A stretch of DNA of 46,628 nucleotides, taken from IMG/VR virus record IMGVR_UViG_3300003155_000137, positions 1 to 46,628 of that record. One strand, written 5' to 3'. Below are positions 16,588 to 25,485 of this stretch, in pieces. The notes under the pieces are model-generated. The model searched no databases. It was not told the DNA's origin and worked only from the letters and a program-made list of their open reading frames with translations. The translations under genes were made by a program, and so were the position numbers. This DNA is from a virus (lineage: Duplodnaviria; Heunggongvirae; Uroviricota; Caudoviricetes). How positions within the stretch are numbered: position 1 is the stretch's first letter; each line of letters begins with the position of its first letter.

Positions 16588-17227
16588 CCGTCAGGTCGAC
16601 CGGAAGAACGGATACGACCGGAAAGTCGGAATCCCGAAGAATGCTCAGGAGTCCTTGGTCGTTCATCGGCCCATAGGATGATTCGAGAATCTCCCACGGG
16701 AATTCGTCGCTCCCGTCGTTCCAGATGTAGGTGTTGCCCTGCGTCCTATACAGACCACGACCGCACCTCATGATGCCATGATACCACCCCGCCACCGTCG
16801 GTTCCTCCGGCAATTCGGCTGTCTCATCAACGCCGTCCCAGCGCCAGATGTGCAGATCCTTCATGCCGCCGGCGGCCATGCCCCTATAGCTGCGAATGTA
16901 CCATGCGGGTGCGGGTATCGTGTTTGCCGTCAGCCACTTGTCGGCACACAAAGTCTTGCCGTTACCGCTCTTTTTGAGCGTGCAGACGAATTTTCCTTTT
17001 GCCGGTAAGGGCTTAATTTCAAACGTGGCGATGTCGCCGGGTCGCGCCTCGGCGAGCGTCACCTCGCGCAACGGCCCCGCCACCGGCGTCGCCTCCGGTT
17101 CGACCGGATACTTCTCCAGAAGCTGGTTGAGCAGGTCTTTGGCGGCAAGTTCGCCTAAATCGGCGGAGAATGAGACACCGCTCCTGTGAATGGTGATGGT
17201 GTCCTTGATGAATGTGACTACTGTCAT
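16577..17227 (-). CDS. hypothetical protein, partial paralogue of 17880-18647
   Basis: REV.L.EARPGDIATFE and LPEEP...G.Y motifs shared. Confidence 0.55.
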   Translation of the reverse strand: MTVVTFIKDTITIHRSGVSFSADLGELAAKDLLNQLLEKYPVEPEATPVAGPLREVTLAEARPGDIATFEIKPLPAKGKFVCTLKKSGNGKTLCADKWLTANTIPAPAWYIRSYRGMAAGGMKDLHIWRWDGVDETAELPEEPTVAGWYHGIMRCGRGLYRTQGNTYIWNDGSDEFPWEILESSYGPMNDQGLLSILRDSDFPVVSVLPVDLTDEV

Positions 17228-17257
17228 TGTTCTGGTCCTTTCATTGGTTGGTGTCGG

Positions 17258-17455
17258 TCAGTGTTTCTTCCTGGTTCTTCGCTGGCATTCAGGGCACGTG
17301 TGGGAGAGTGTGCCGTTCGTCTTCCAGCCCTGCCTGATGCAGGCTTCCGTGGCTTCGAGATTGCTGGTGAAATGCGTCTCACAATCACTGGACGGGTCAT
17401 CCAAAACTCTTCCGCAACGGTCGCAGCAGACCTCGAAAGCAACATAGAGTTTCAT
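17258..17455 (-). CDS. small zinc-binding protein
   Basis: CDRC...GW...HTCPEC. Confidence 0.6.
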   Translation of the reverse strand: MKLYVAFEVCCDRCGRVLDDPSSDCETHFTSNLEATEACIRQGWKTNGTLSHTCPECQRRTRKKH

Positions 17456-17583
17456 GTCGTCTCCTCTACCTGCGTGACTCCGAAGAACTCACCTGCGTCG
17501 TTGAACTTGACTCTGTACAAGTGCAGGCCGTCCGGGTCAACGGTGGCGTCCTGTATGGCTTGGTCTATGAGTTAGTCGAACAT
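17452..17583 (-). pseudogene. small ORF interrupted by TAA at codon 4
   Basis: ATG TTC GAC TAA CTC ATA... continues open for 39 codons to a stop coupled to the next gene. Confidence 0.35.
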
Positions 17584-17796
17584 TGGTCTGCTCCTTCGCT
17601 CTGGTTTGGTACTTCCAGCGGCATGACGCCTGAATATCCTAGGCTGTCACGGCAATGGGCGATTACATCGGCCAGCGCTTCCCGGTAGCCTCGGGCGTGC
17701 GGCCCTTCTTTCCGGCACCAGACGCTCATAACGTCTTCGCAAAAAATCGATGATTTCATTCAGCGTCTCGTCTTTCTGAGTCACGTTCACTGCCAT
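17565..17796 (-). pseudogene. frameshifted hypothetical gene of bifidobacterial-prophage type
   Basis: MAVNVTQKDETLNEIID in one frame and HCRDSLGYSGVMPLEVPNQSE in another; together they recall one protein family. Confidence 0.45.
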
Positions 17797-17879
17797 TTGT
17801 TCACACTCCGCGAGTAATTTACAAGGTGTTGACGTCAACATCGAGCTCCATCGTGAAATCGGCGATGCCGGACTCCACG

Positions 17880-18647
17880 TTAATCCTTGTCCTCATGACC
17901 AACCCCCTTCAGATACATGCTGCCATCGACCTTGACGAGCGGGAGCTCGCCGTTGTTCAATACGGCGCGGACTCCATGCCAGTCGGTCCTTGCTCCCCAG
18001 TGGTCGCCATACAGGAAACGCCACGCGTATGACCCGCCAGCGTTGAAAACAAAGCGACCTGACTGCGTGACGTAAATTCCGCATTCCTTCGGCTCATCGA
18101 AGACAGCCTTGCGAATGGTGGACTCGCACACGTCGCCGTGACGCGCCTCCGATAGGGGAGCCTCGCTATACGCCCTGTCGTCCCGCATCCACCATCTGCG
18201 CTCATCGGTCTTGTTGACGTGACGGTACACCTTGAGGTTGGACACGCCATTCGCGGAGCCGCCTCCCACCGTGACGACGGTTGCAATGTCGGAGTCGTTC
18301 AACACCCCATTGACATAATCTCCGGGACGGATGACGAGCGACCTTGGGGACACCGGTGCGACAGTGAGCGAGCCGACGACCCATATAGATGATCTGGTGA
18401 GGTCGGGGATGTACTCAAACGACGCGACGTCACCGGAATCGGCCAGCTTCGGGTCGATCTCACGGTACTCCACATCGTCCGGCATCCACGTCTCCTCACG
18501 CGCCACGGGGAAGTGGCGGTTGAGGTCGTCCCTCAGCGTGGTGAGCTGGTCTTCCGGGATTCCAGTGATGCAGAAGAGCGACGGACTGTGTTGGTCTCCA
18601 CTGGCGATGTTCAGCCCTTTGCTGTCATGGTAGTACTTTATTTCCAT
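17880..18647 (-). CDS. hypothetical protein
   Basis: 255-aa ORF with RBS and phage codon bias. Confidence 0.6.
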   Translation of the reverse strand: MEIKYYHDSKGLNIASGDQHSPSLFCITGIPEDQLTTLRDDLNRHFPVAREETWMPDDVEYREIDPKLADSGDVASFEYIPDLTRSSIWVVGSLTVAPVSPRSLVIRPGDYVNGVLNDSDIATVVTVGGGSANGVSNLKVYRHVNKTDERRWWMRDDRAYSEAPLSEARHGDVCESTIRKAVFDEPKECGIYVTQSGRFVFNAGGSYAWRFLYGDHWGARTDWHGVRAVLNNGELPLVKVDGSMYLKGVGHEDKD

Positions 18648-18657
18648 GATGTCCCCC

Positions 18658-19389
18658 CTATTCGTTTTCCGTATATCCGTCGGTCAGAAATTCACTGAGC
18701 GTATGGCGATAATCAGCATGGTCATCGACGACCACATGGTCATCCCTTCCGCGAACGCGCATCCACACGATGTCAGCCACCAGCGGCGACGCGATGAGCC
18801 GCTCCATGCAGTCCCGGCACGGAGGGGCCGACACGCACACATCGAACAGCGTCGGCCCTTCATCGGACGGCATCATCGGAAGCCCTTCGAGACGGGCCTC
18901 GCCAATGATCTGTGAAAGCTCCGTGAGCAGATTCACCTCGGCATGGATCGACGGACAGTCCGAATAATCGGCCTTCCTCGATTCGCCACGGGCCCTCGGA
19001 CACACGAGACGGCAGTCCATGCACCCCACGGGGATGGTGTTGGTCGCCGTCACGACCGGAACGCCGGTTCCATGAACGACCGCAAAGGCACCGACGTTCT
19101 TGCGGTGGCACACGCCACGGCTGTCGGCGATGCGCTGTAGCTTGGTGAGCACCTGAACCATGCCGTCGGTCGTCACAGACTCCCCCCTCTTCCTGTCGCA
19201 CTCAGGGCAGTAGTCGGCTCCAAGCCCAGAATCCCCGGCCCAACGACGCCACCCGAAGTCATAGAGTGTGAACATCGTGTCGACTCCGAACGCATCAGGC
19301 GTACACATGTACGTCATCACCACGGGGGAGCGCAACCCGCACTCATCGCAGACGACGAACAGGCACGCATCGCTCAATTTCACCTTCAT
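18658..19389 (-). CDS. dCMP deaminase-like protein with N-terminal small zinc-finger domain (internal start possible at 19176/19161)
   Basis: C.RK.VGA, IHAEVNL and PPCRDC zinc-deaminase motifs. Confidence 0.8.
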   Translation of the reverse strand: MKVKLSDACLFVVCDECGLRSPVVMTYMCTPDAFGVDTMFTLYDFGWRRWAGDSGLGADYCPECDRKRGESVTTDGMVQVLTKLQRIADSRGVCHRKNVGAFAVVHGTGVPVVTATNTIPVGCMDCRLVCPRARGESRKADYSDCPSIHAEVNLLTELSQIIGEARLEGLPMMPSDEGPTLFDVCVSAPPCRDCMERLIASPLVADIVWMRVRGRDDHVVVDDHADYRHTLSEFLTDGYTENE

Positions 19390-19961
19390 TCCGAAACCTC
19401 GCTTCCCTTGCTGTGCAGGAAACCGTAGCGGTCATCAAGACACCGAACGGCATCCAGGCTGAGATCGATCAACGCTTTGGCCGATGTCGCGTCGCCTCCA
19501 TGATCGAACGTGATTCGCTCCATGAACTCCGCGTATCTCATGACGCTCCGCAGGATGATCTCGAACTCGGGTTCAAGCTCCGGAACCACATAGTCCTCGA
19601 CGACATATCCAAGACTGGTATCGCTGCATGGGGCGTACAGTGTGCCGATGTAGCACGGGTTGTCGGCCTTATCGTCGAACGACCATCTGCTGACCAGCGG
19701 AGGAAGCGCCCTGCCATCGATCTTCCTGATCTCACCGTCCCACAGAACCCGCCTGACATCAGGTGCCCCGAACAGGTTGAACTGGTCTTCAAGGCATGTC
19801 AGCGCCGCCCACCAGAACGGGTCTCCCTCATTGGCCATACGAGTTGCGTTGCGGTAGAGGTCGGTAACGTCCATAGCTATGCCGAGCAGCCACATATCCA
19901 GGAACGTCTCGATATCCTGTTTTCTGTCCATTCTGTCCAAGTGTCCTTTCATGCGGTTCAT
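19386..19961 (-). CDS. hypothetical protein
   Basis: 191-aa ORF directly after promoter. Confidence 0.55.
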   Translation of the reverse strand: MNRMKGHLDRMDRKQDIETFLDMWLLGIAMDVTDLYRNATRMANEGDPFWWAALTCLEDQFNLFGAPDVRRVLWDGEIRKIDGRALPPLVSRWSFDDKADNPCYIGTLYAPCSDTSLGYVVEDYVVPELEPEFEIILRSVMRYAEFMERITFDHGGDATSAKALIDLSLDAVRCLDDRYGFLHSKGSEVSE

Positions 19962-20022
19962 CCGACCGACGCTACCATCATAACGCCAATCGGATGAACC
20001 GCAAAATCGAGACGGCGAGTCG
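19953..20022 (-). promoter_or_regulatory. promoter with -10 box enclosed by a 13-bp inverted repeat
   Basis: TATGAT (19982-19977) between GCGGTTCATCCGA (19953-19965) and TCGGATGAACCGC (19990-20002); upstream CGACTCGCCGTCTCG. Confidence 0.65.
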
Positions 20023-20044
20023 CGTCATTGGACGATTTCACCGA

Positions 20045-20740
20045 TCATTCGGCGTCATCATTCAGATACTTCCAATGGCGCTCATAGATGTGGAGCGATG
20101 CGGCCTGCCAGATGATGTCTCCACGCTCGCACTCAACGCCGGCGTCATGAAGCCTGTCGATGACGCAGTCAAGACACCAGGACTGCCATGCCCAATCGTT
20201 CTTATAGCCGAAGACTACATCGAGGGAGCGCTGATTCACGATGGCATTCACCCTGCCGTCACGCAGATGGTATGTCACGGTGTTGGTGCACATGAAGTCG
20301 TGCATCCCGTCCTCCACGGCATCCGTGTGCATGGATGGACGGGTGTAGATGGCGATTGCCTGACGGGTCCCGTGGTCGTTCATGATGGCGTCGACGACAT
20401 GGTCGAGCTGGTTGAAGTTCTCCCCCGAGAGGACGCACCACCCATAGTTCGAGTTGATGCGCCCATGACGGGACGACACCTGCTGCCATATCTTCGGAAC
20501 CTTGCCCGGAATGTCATCGACGTATCTGGACATGGACAGATACCATTCGAGCTCACGTTCGATGTATTCGTTCGGCTTGCCGAAGATGGCCGGTTCGTCC
20601 GCGACGAACGAGACGCCGGTAAGCTCGATGGTTCCGTTGACCCTGTGGGTCCCGTCACGATACGCCTCGCGGAGCGCATCGCGGATGTCACTCACCCTTG
20701 GCAGCGTCAGCATCGCCATCCCCCTTGGCCTCGCATTCAC
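20045..20740 (-). CDS. thymidylate-synthase-family enzyme, dCMP hydroxymethylase-like (T4 gp42 type)
   Basis: DFMCTNTV.Y..RD...NA.V..RS.DVVFG..NDWAWQ and IIW...SLHIY; Asp at the position equivalent to E. coli TS Asn177. Confidence 0.8.
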   Translation of the reverse strand: MNARPRGMAMLTLPRVSDIRDALREAYRDGTHRVNGTIELTGVSFVADEPAIFGKPNEYIERELEWYLSMSRYVDDIPGKVPKIWQQVSSRHGRINSNYGWCVLSGENFNQLDHVVDAIMNDHGTRQAIAIYTRPSMHTDAVEDGMHDFMCTNTVTYHLRDGRVNAIVNQRSLDVVFGYKNDWAWQSWCLDCVIDRLHDAGVECERGDIIWQAASLHIYERHWKYLNDDAE

Positions 20741-21146
20741 CGATCAGCATATTCACGTAGTAGCGCATCCCCCCAACATCAAGGAATCTGAGGGAGTCGA
20801 AGAAGCCGGACATGGTGTCGTCGTCACGGCCGTCCCACGAATCCTCGACCGACGACACCGTCGTCGACCACTGCCTGAACGACGATCCGATGAGGGCGCA
20901 ATGCGTCGCGATGAGCGCGTTGAGCCCCGACGCCGTGACGCCCGACCTCATTGCATGGTCCAGATACCACAGGGCCTTCCTGAGGTCCTGAAGCTCATTC
21001 CACTTGCGTCCGTGCCGCCAAACGTACTTGACGGCGCATCCGAGATCGTTGGGCAGGACCGATACCACGTCGATGCACTCGACGCCGCTCGGGTCGGCCG
21101 TATACCAATCGGGATGATTCACTTCGTCGTTGAGTTCTTCCTTCAC
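20688..21146 (-). CDS. DUF3310-type protein
   Basis: VNHP.WY......ECID.......G.AVKY.WR.G.K....DL.KA.WYL. Confidence 0.8.
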   Translation of the reverse strand: MKEELNDEVNHPDWYTADPSGVECIDVVSVLPNDLGCAVKYVWRHGRKWNELQDLRKALWYLDHAMRSGVTASGLNALIATHCALIGSSFRQWSTTVSSVEDSWDGRDDDTMSGFFDSLRFLDVGGMRYYVNMLIGECEAKGDGDADAAKGE

Positions 21147-21511
21147 AGCTTCACCACCTGATTCCCATATCTCCTGTTGATTCTCGACACCATCTCCTGC
21201 CTCGTCTTGGTCAGGTACAGGACCCCGTCGCTGTTCCTCCTCGTCATGGATGAGATGATGCCCGGCAACGAGTCGGCGACCGTGACCGTATACAGGTCGG
21301 ACTCGCCGTCGATGTCGCTCTTGCCGACATCGACCAGGGCATATCCATCCTCAACCTCGAAGAGCCAGAGTTCGTTCCACCTGCCCTGCGACGAGTGGGC
21401 GTACCGGCCGGCGTCCCTCGAATCGACCCTGATGACGGGTTCGGAGTCGCCGAAGTCGTAGACGGTTCCGGTCGTGCTGTCCGTTATGCGCGTCATCATG
21501 CCTCCTTCCAA
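21143..21511 (-). CDS. hypothetical protein
   Basis: Operon-filling ORF. Confidence 0.55.
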   Translation of the reverse strand: MEGGMMTRITDSTTGTVYDFGDSEPVIRVDSRDAGRYAHSSQGRWNELWLFEVEDGYALVDVGKSDIDGESDLYTVTVADSLPGIISSMTRRNSDGVLYLTKTRQEMVSRINRRYGNQVVKL

Positions 21512-22428
21512 CTGTTCGGAACGACGAGGGGCTCGATCGGCCTCACCGTTCCCGAATCATCGAACTTCCTCCTGAACCCCCTGCCGGACTGTATGCGGTT
21601 CAGCTTATCGAACTCACACAGGCAGTTCTGCGTGTCCATGAGCGTCATGTCGTGGGTCACGCCATCGGCCTCCAGCTTCGGATGACCTCCGGCCATGAGC
21701 CACTCATGGATGACCGGGATATAGCCGTCATCGTTCAGGTCGGTCACGTCGTCGTTCGGGAAGATCCACTTCACGCCGCGCTTGGAGCCGGGTCCGGCCA
21801 CCACGCCGCGATTCTCGTACCTGTCGCATCCCGCCCTTCCGTAGCCGTAGTCGGTGACGATCTGCTGGGCCATGAACTTCCCGATGCGCGGTATCTCCAT
21901 GAGCACGGCCAACTGGTCGCGGAACCTGTCCTGCGACACGAAGCGCTCGAAGAACCCATTGGACACCAGCGACTCCATCTGTCCGGCGAGGAACGCCACG
22001 ATGCTCATGCCCTTGCCCTCGCGGCCGGTGGCCACGTTGTATGCCTGCGACGTGTGGATCATGATGCCGGAACCGTCGACCTCATGAAGCCAGTCGATGA
22101 TTGTGTCGTGCGTGGGGATGCCGAACCTCCCCACGGCCTCGGCCCATCCGTCGGCCCGGTTGGTCCTCCTGTACGCGAACGCCAACGCCGCGTCGTCCAC
22201 CTCCGACGTCCCCTCGGGCATCGAGTTCATCATCCTCACCATGAACTGCGATCCACGGTCGCACACCCTGAACACGTTGCAGAACCTGTGGCTGCGAAGC
22301 TCCTCGGATTCGGTCCAAGGCGGCTTCATCCCCGACACGCGCCTGTTGAGCATATCGGCACGCTCGCGCACATACCACCGGAACTTGTCAAGCTGTCCGG
22401 CGTCGGCGTCCCTTATGTCCATCGCCAT
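21496..22428 (-). CDS. 5-hmdU DNA kinase helical-domain-like (aGPT-Pplase1 family) DNA-modification protein
   Basis: F.WY..ER......R..G..PPWT....L..HRFCNVFR..DR.SQ, GPGS.RG and QN.LCEFDK motifs. Confidence 0.7.
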   Translation of the reverse strand: MAMDIRDADAGQLDKFRWYVRERADMLNRRVSGMKPPWTESEELRSHRFCNVFRVCDRGSQFMVRMMNSMPEGTSEVDDAALAFAYRRTNRADGWAEAVGRFGIPTHDTIIDWLHEVDGSGIMIHTSQAYNVATGREGKGMSIVAFLAGQMESLVSNGFFERFVSQDRFRDQLAVLMEIPRIGKFMAQQIVTDYGYGRAGCDRYENRGVVAGPGSKRGVKWIFPNDDVTDLNDDGYIPVIHEWLMAGGHPKLEADGVTHDMTLMDTQNCLCEFDKLNRIQSGRGFRRKFDDSGTVRPIEPLVVPNSWKEA

Positions 22429-22658
22429 TCCATCATCGCCTTTCCATGTCTCCGCCGAATGACCGGGACGCCGATCCGGAATCCGAACCGTTCATGACGA
22501 CGTGTCCGAGTGTCCGAATCATGTGGCGTCCCACAATGCCCACTACGAAGATGGTAGCACCGGACCGGTACATCGGACAACAACGACGTGTTGCGGGACC
22601 GAAAATCACTTGGCAAGCGTCAGCGGCCCGAAGTCATACACGAAACGAGCGGTTGGGC

Positions 22659-22666
22659 TAAAATTG
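22659..22666 (+). promoter_or_regulatory. -10 box for 22709 operon
   Basis: TAAAATTG in divergent intergenic gap, flanked by GCGGTTGG / CCAACAGC imperfect inverted repeat. Confidence 0.5.
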
Positions 22667-22708
22667 AATGGAGAGAATATCCAACAGCAGTGAAGGCCGG
22701 TAGTCAGC

Positions 22709-23638
22709 ATGTCGAATACAGAGTCGGTATACCCTTCCAACATAGACGACCATCTGAGAATTCCGTTGACGCCTACTGTCGCAAGGCTCTCTGAGGCAGA
22801 AGCGCCGCAGGACTTCGGCTCTCCTCTTGCAACTAATACCAACAGCCATAGTGACTTGCACGCCGCGGAGAACAACTCGATCAAGCAACTCCAGATGCAC
22901 GCCCTCGTCGATGACAGCGTTTCCAGCCACGATCACTCTGACCCGATAGGGGTGGATTACGGAACTACAGAATTCCTCCTTCACCCAAACCTCAAGAAGG
23001 GCAGAAGACTCCGCGTGCAGAACACCCATGTCTTCACCGACAACTCGAATGCATCGAACGCTCAGGCAAGCAGACCCGACTCCGACCTCGCCGGCATCCA
23101 CCACTCACTGTCGGGTTCGGATTCAGGCGGAGACTTCCAGGGCGTATCGATGCAGCTGTGGAAGAAGAAGAACCTTCCAGATGTTCCAGACTCGTTCTTC
23201 GACCAGACCAACAACATCAAGAACGAGTGGGATGTGGACTTCCTCCCGTATCCGGGAGACAATCTTGGAGACATTCTCAATGCGATCGTCAACAAGATGC
23301 ATTCCATCTACGACGAATTCGATGGAAGACTCGACGACCACGAGGATCGAATCACGGAGCTTGAGAAGAGGGTCGATTCCATTGGCGACAGGGTCACCGC
23401 GCTTGAGAGCGGAAACAAGAAGCTGGAGAAGGCCGTCACCGGAATCCTCGACAAGGTCTGGGGCAACCCGCATATGAACGCCGACGGCTCCATCAACTGG
23501 GGCAAGGGCAACAACTCCTGGCAGAAGATTCCGATGGGCGACCTCAACATCTTCTCCAACTCGAACCCGAACAACGATACGGTGGCGGACGCCATCAGGT
23601 CCCGCGATCTCATGGCAGACGATATGCGTATCCAGTGA
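22709..23638 (+). CDS. virion structural / fibre-like protein with coiled coil
   Basis: N-terminal YPSNIDD...SHSDLHA.EN..IK.LQ pattern like actinophage minor tail proteins; heptads LDDHEDRITELEKRVDSIGDRVTALE. Confidence 0.55.
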   Translation: MSNTESVYPSNIDDHLRIPLTPTVARLSEAEAPQDFGSPLATNTNSHSDLHAAENNSIKQLQMHALVDDSVSSHDHSDPIGVDYGTTEFLLHPNLKKGRRLRVQNTHVFTDNSNASNAQASRPDSDLAGIHHSLSGSDSGGDFQGVSMQLWKKKNLPDVPDSFFDQTNNIKNEWDVDFLPYPGDNLGDILNAIVNKMHSIYDEFDGRLDDHEDRITELEKRVDSIGDRVTALESGNKKLEKAVTGILDKVWGNPHMNADGSINWGKGNNSWQKIPMGDLNIFSNSNPNNDTVADAIRSRDLMADDMRIQ

Positions 23639-23656
23639 TGATGAGGCGGTGATTGC

Positions 23657-24367
23657 ATGGCAGCTACGAACAAGAGCGGGTACACTGTATATGAGTATCT
23701 GTCATATGCAGCGCAGCATCCTGGATGGGACACCGTCTATGGACACATGACGACGCAGTGCCGTGGAAGGATCGGCGTCCATTGGAGAACCAACGGAAAC
23801 CAGTTCACGGTGGAGTCTCTGGACACATCGGTGAATGCGATCTGGGGGAACGGATGGTATCGTGGTGGCGTTCACGTGTCGCTTGCGATCGGAGGCCAGT
23901 TCCTGACAGTCGTCGATCCCGGCGGAGGAACGGTCTGCTCAAGCATCGCATGCCAGAACCAGTATGGAATCGCCGAGGCCGGACCGGTCTTCACGGACGC
24001 CGCGAACAGAAGTCTTCCAAGAACATGGACGATCACGAACAACAGCACGACATTCGAGATGTGGTTCGGTGGAACACTCGCCCCGTACCCTCCATCGAAC
24101 TATGGAGGATTCACGATCCAGGACTATGGAAAGCTGAATCGGATCGGCGGTGACAACATCGACATCATCCCGGTCATCCTCGAATACTTCCCCTTCGCGG
24201 TGAACAAGGACGGATGGAGAACATGCGATCGATCCGGCGGCGGCGTGTGGGACCGCAACGATGGTGGTGGATGGGATGAGAAGAAGAACAAGCAGGACGA
24301 CTACGGCTTCTCCAAGGCGTACATCAACCGTGGAACGTGGACGATAGCCGACAGGATAGGGGCGTGA
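23657..24367 (+). CDS. hypothetical protein, probably virion-associated
   Basis: Trp/Gly/Asn-rich beta-type sequence downstream of fibre-like gene. Confidence 0.5.
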   Translation: MAATNKSGYTVYEYLSYAAQHPGWDTVYGHMTTQCRGRIGVHWRTNGNQFTVESLDTSVNAIWGNGWYRGGVHVSLAIGGQFLTVVDPGGGTVCSSIACQNQYGIAEAGPVFTDAANRSLPRTWTITNNSTTFEMWFGGTLAPYPPSNYGGFTIQDYGKLNRIGGDNIDIIPVILEYFPFAVNKDGWRTCDRSGGGVWDRNDGGGWDEKKNKQDDYGFSKAYINRGTWTIADRIGA

Positions 24368-24371
24368 TGCG

Positions 24372-24956
24372 ATGGTTCGGGCAGCGATTCGGATGTTCAG
24401 AGGGGTCAGACCATCCTCTCGCACGGCCCTCTGGAAGGATGTGCAGCAGAAGGCGTACCGTCTCATGCAGAACAACGATGTGGAGATACAGTCGATATCG
24501 ACGTTCTCGATATTGTGCGAGGTGGCCGGTGACACGGAGATCTACGACACCTATGTGAACCAGCGAGTCCGAGTGAATAAGAACAACTCGATATCGGCCG
24601 CGAACTGGTTCTGCACATGCGACTGGGGACAATGGTGCAACACCGGAAGACGCCCCCATGACGGCCCGGACTCCACCGGATCGGTGAAGAGCAACAACAG
24701 GATGTGCTCGCACGCCTACGCATGCTATCTGATGCTCCAGCAGTACAGGAAGCTCCACGCCGACGAGATGCGCGGCAAGGAACCCGAGGACGACACACCG
24801 CAGAACCCCGGCAACGAGATGTGGGAGGACACCGACACGTTCGGCGACACCTCGCAGGTCGAGGAGTCCGACGAGCCGACGACGATGGACTGGAACGCCA
24901 CCGATGACTTCGGAGGTTCGTATGAGGACGACGAGCTCGACCGTTGGTACGACTGA
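24372..24956 (+). CDS. SWIM-type zinc-finger protein with acidic tail
   Basis: CTCDW...MCSH (CxC...CxH). Confidence 0.65.
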   Translation: MVRAAIRMFRGVRPSSRTALWKDVQQKAYRLMQNNDVEIQSISTFSILCEVAGDTEIYDTYVNQRVRVNKNNSISAANWFCTCDWGQWCNTGRRPHDGPDSTGSVKSNNRMCSHAYACYLMLQQYRKLHADEMRGKEPEDDTPQNPGNEMWEDTDTFGDTSQVEESDEPTTMDWNATDDFGGSYEDDELDRWYD

Positions 24957-25031
24957 CCGGCGTTTCGGAGGTCGGTGGCGGTATATCATTGATGGTGTCA
25001 AACGGACACCTGGACATACGGAGGTAACGAG

Positions 25032-25376
25032 ATGGCTGTGAGGACGGCGAGAAGAGCGCCGATGAAGGGCGACTGGATGATCGTGGACTATCCGGAGCTC
25101 AACGCGATAGTCATCATAGAGGACGAGTCGGAGGACCCGTCGATGACCGGCGGTGCCGGTCATCCCGGAACACCGGCCTACCTCATGAGGTACGTCATCG
25201 GCATCGGCGTGAACGCGAGCGGCGCGTTCGACATGCAGGGCGAGATATGGCTCAACGACGACCCGTCGTCCATGAGCATCGTCGGCGTGAACGGATGCCG
25301 TCTGCCGAGCACCTTCTACGGGTTCGACCTCGCCGGGTATCTCCAGCAGCACGGCGTGAACATCGAATACGTGTGA
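25032..25376 (+). CDS. hypothetical protein
   Basis: RBS GGAGGT; upstream TATCATTG at 24984. Confidence 0.6.
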   Translation: MAVRTARRAPMKGDWMIVDYPELNAIVIIEDESEDPSMTGGAGHPGTPAYLMRYVIGIGVNASGAFDMQGEIWLNDDPSSMSIVGVNGCRLPSTFYGFDLAGYLQQHGVNIEYV

Positions 25377-25430
25377 TATGATTGTTGTGTGGCGAACATC
25401 TAGTGAACCACATGATTTCTCCTAACAGGA

Positions 25431-25463
25431 AAAGACCCCGGACTTGTCGGAACCGGGGTCTTT
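25431..25463. terminator. bidirectional intrinsic terminator (ends nrdD)
   Basis: AAAGACCCCGG / CCGGGGTCTTT 11-bp stem with T-runs on both strands between convergent genes. Confidence 0.85.
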
Positions 25464-25485
25464 CCCTTATCCGCCGACCATCAGG

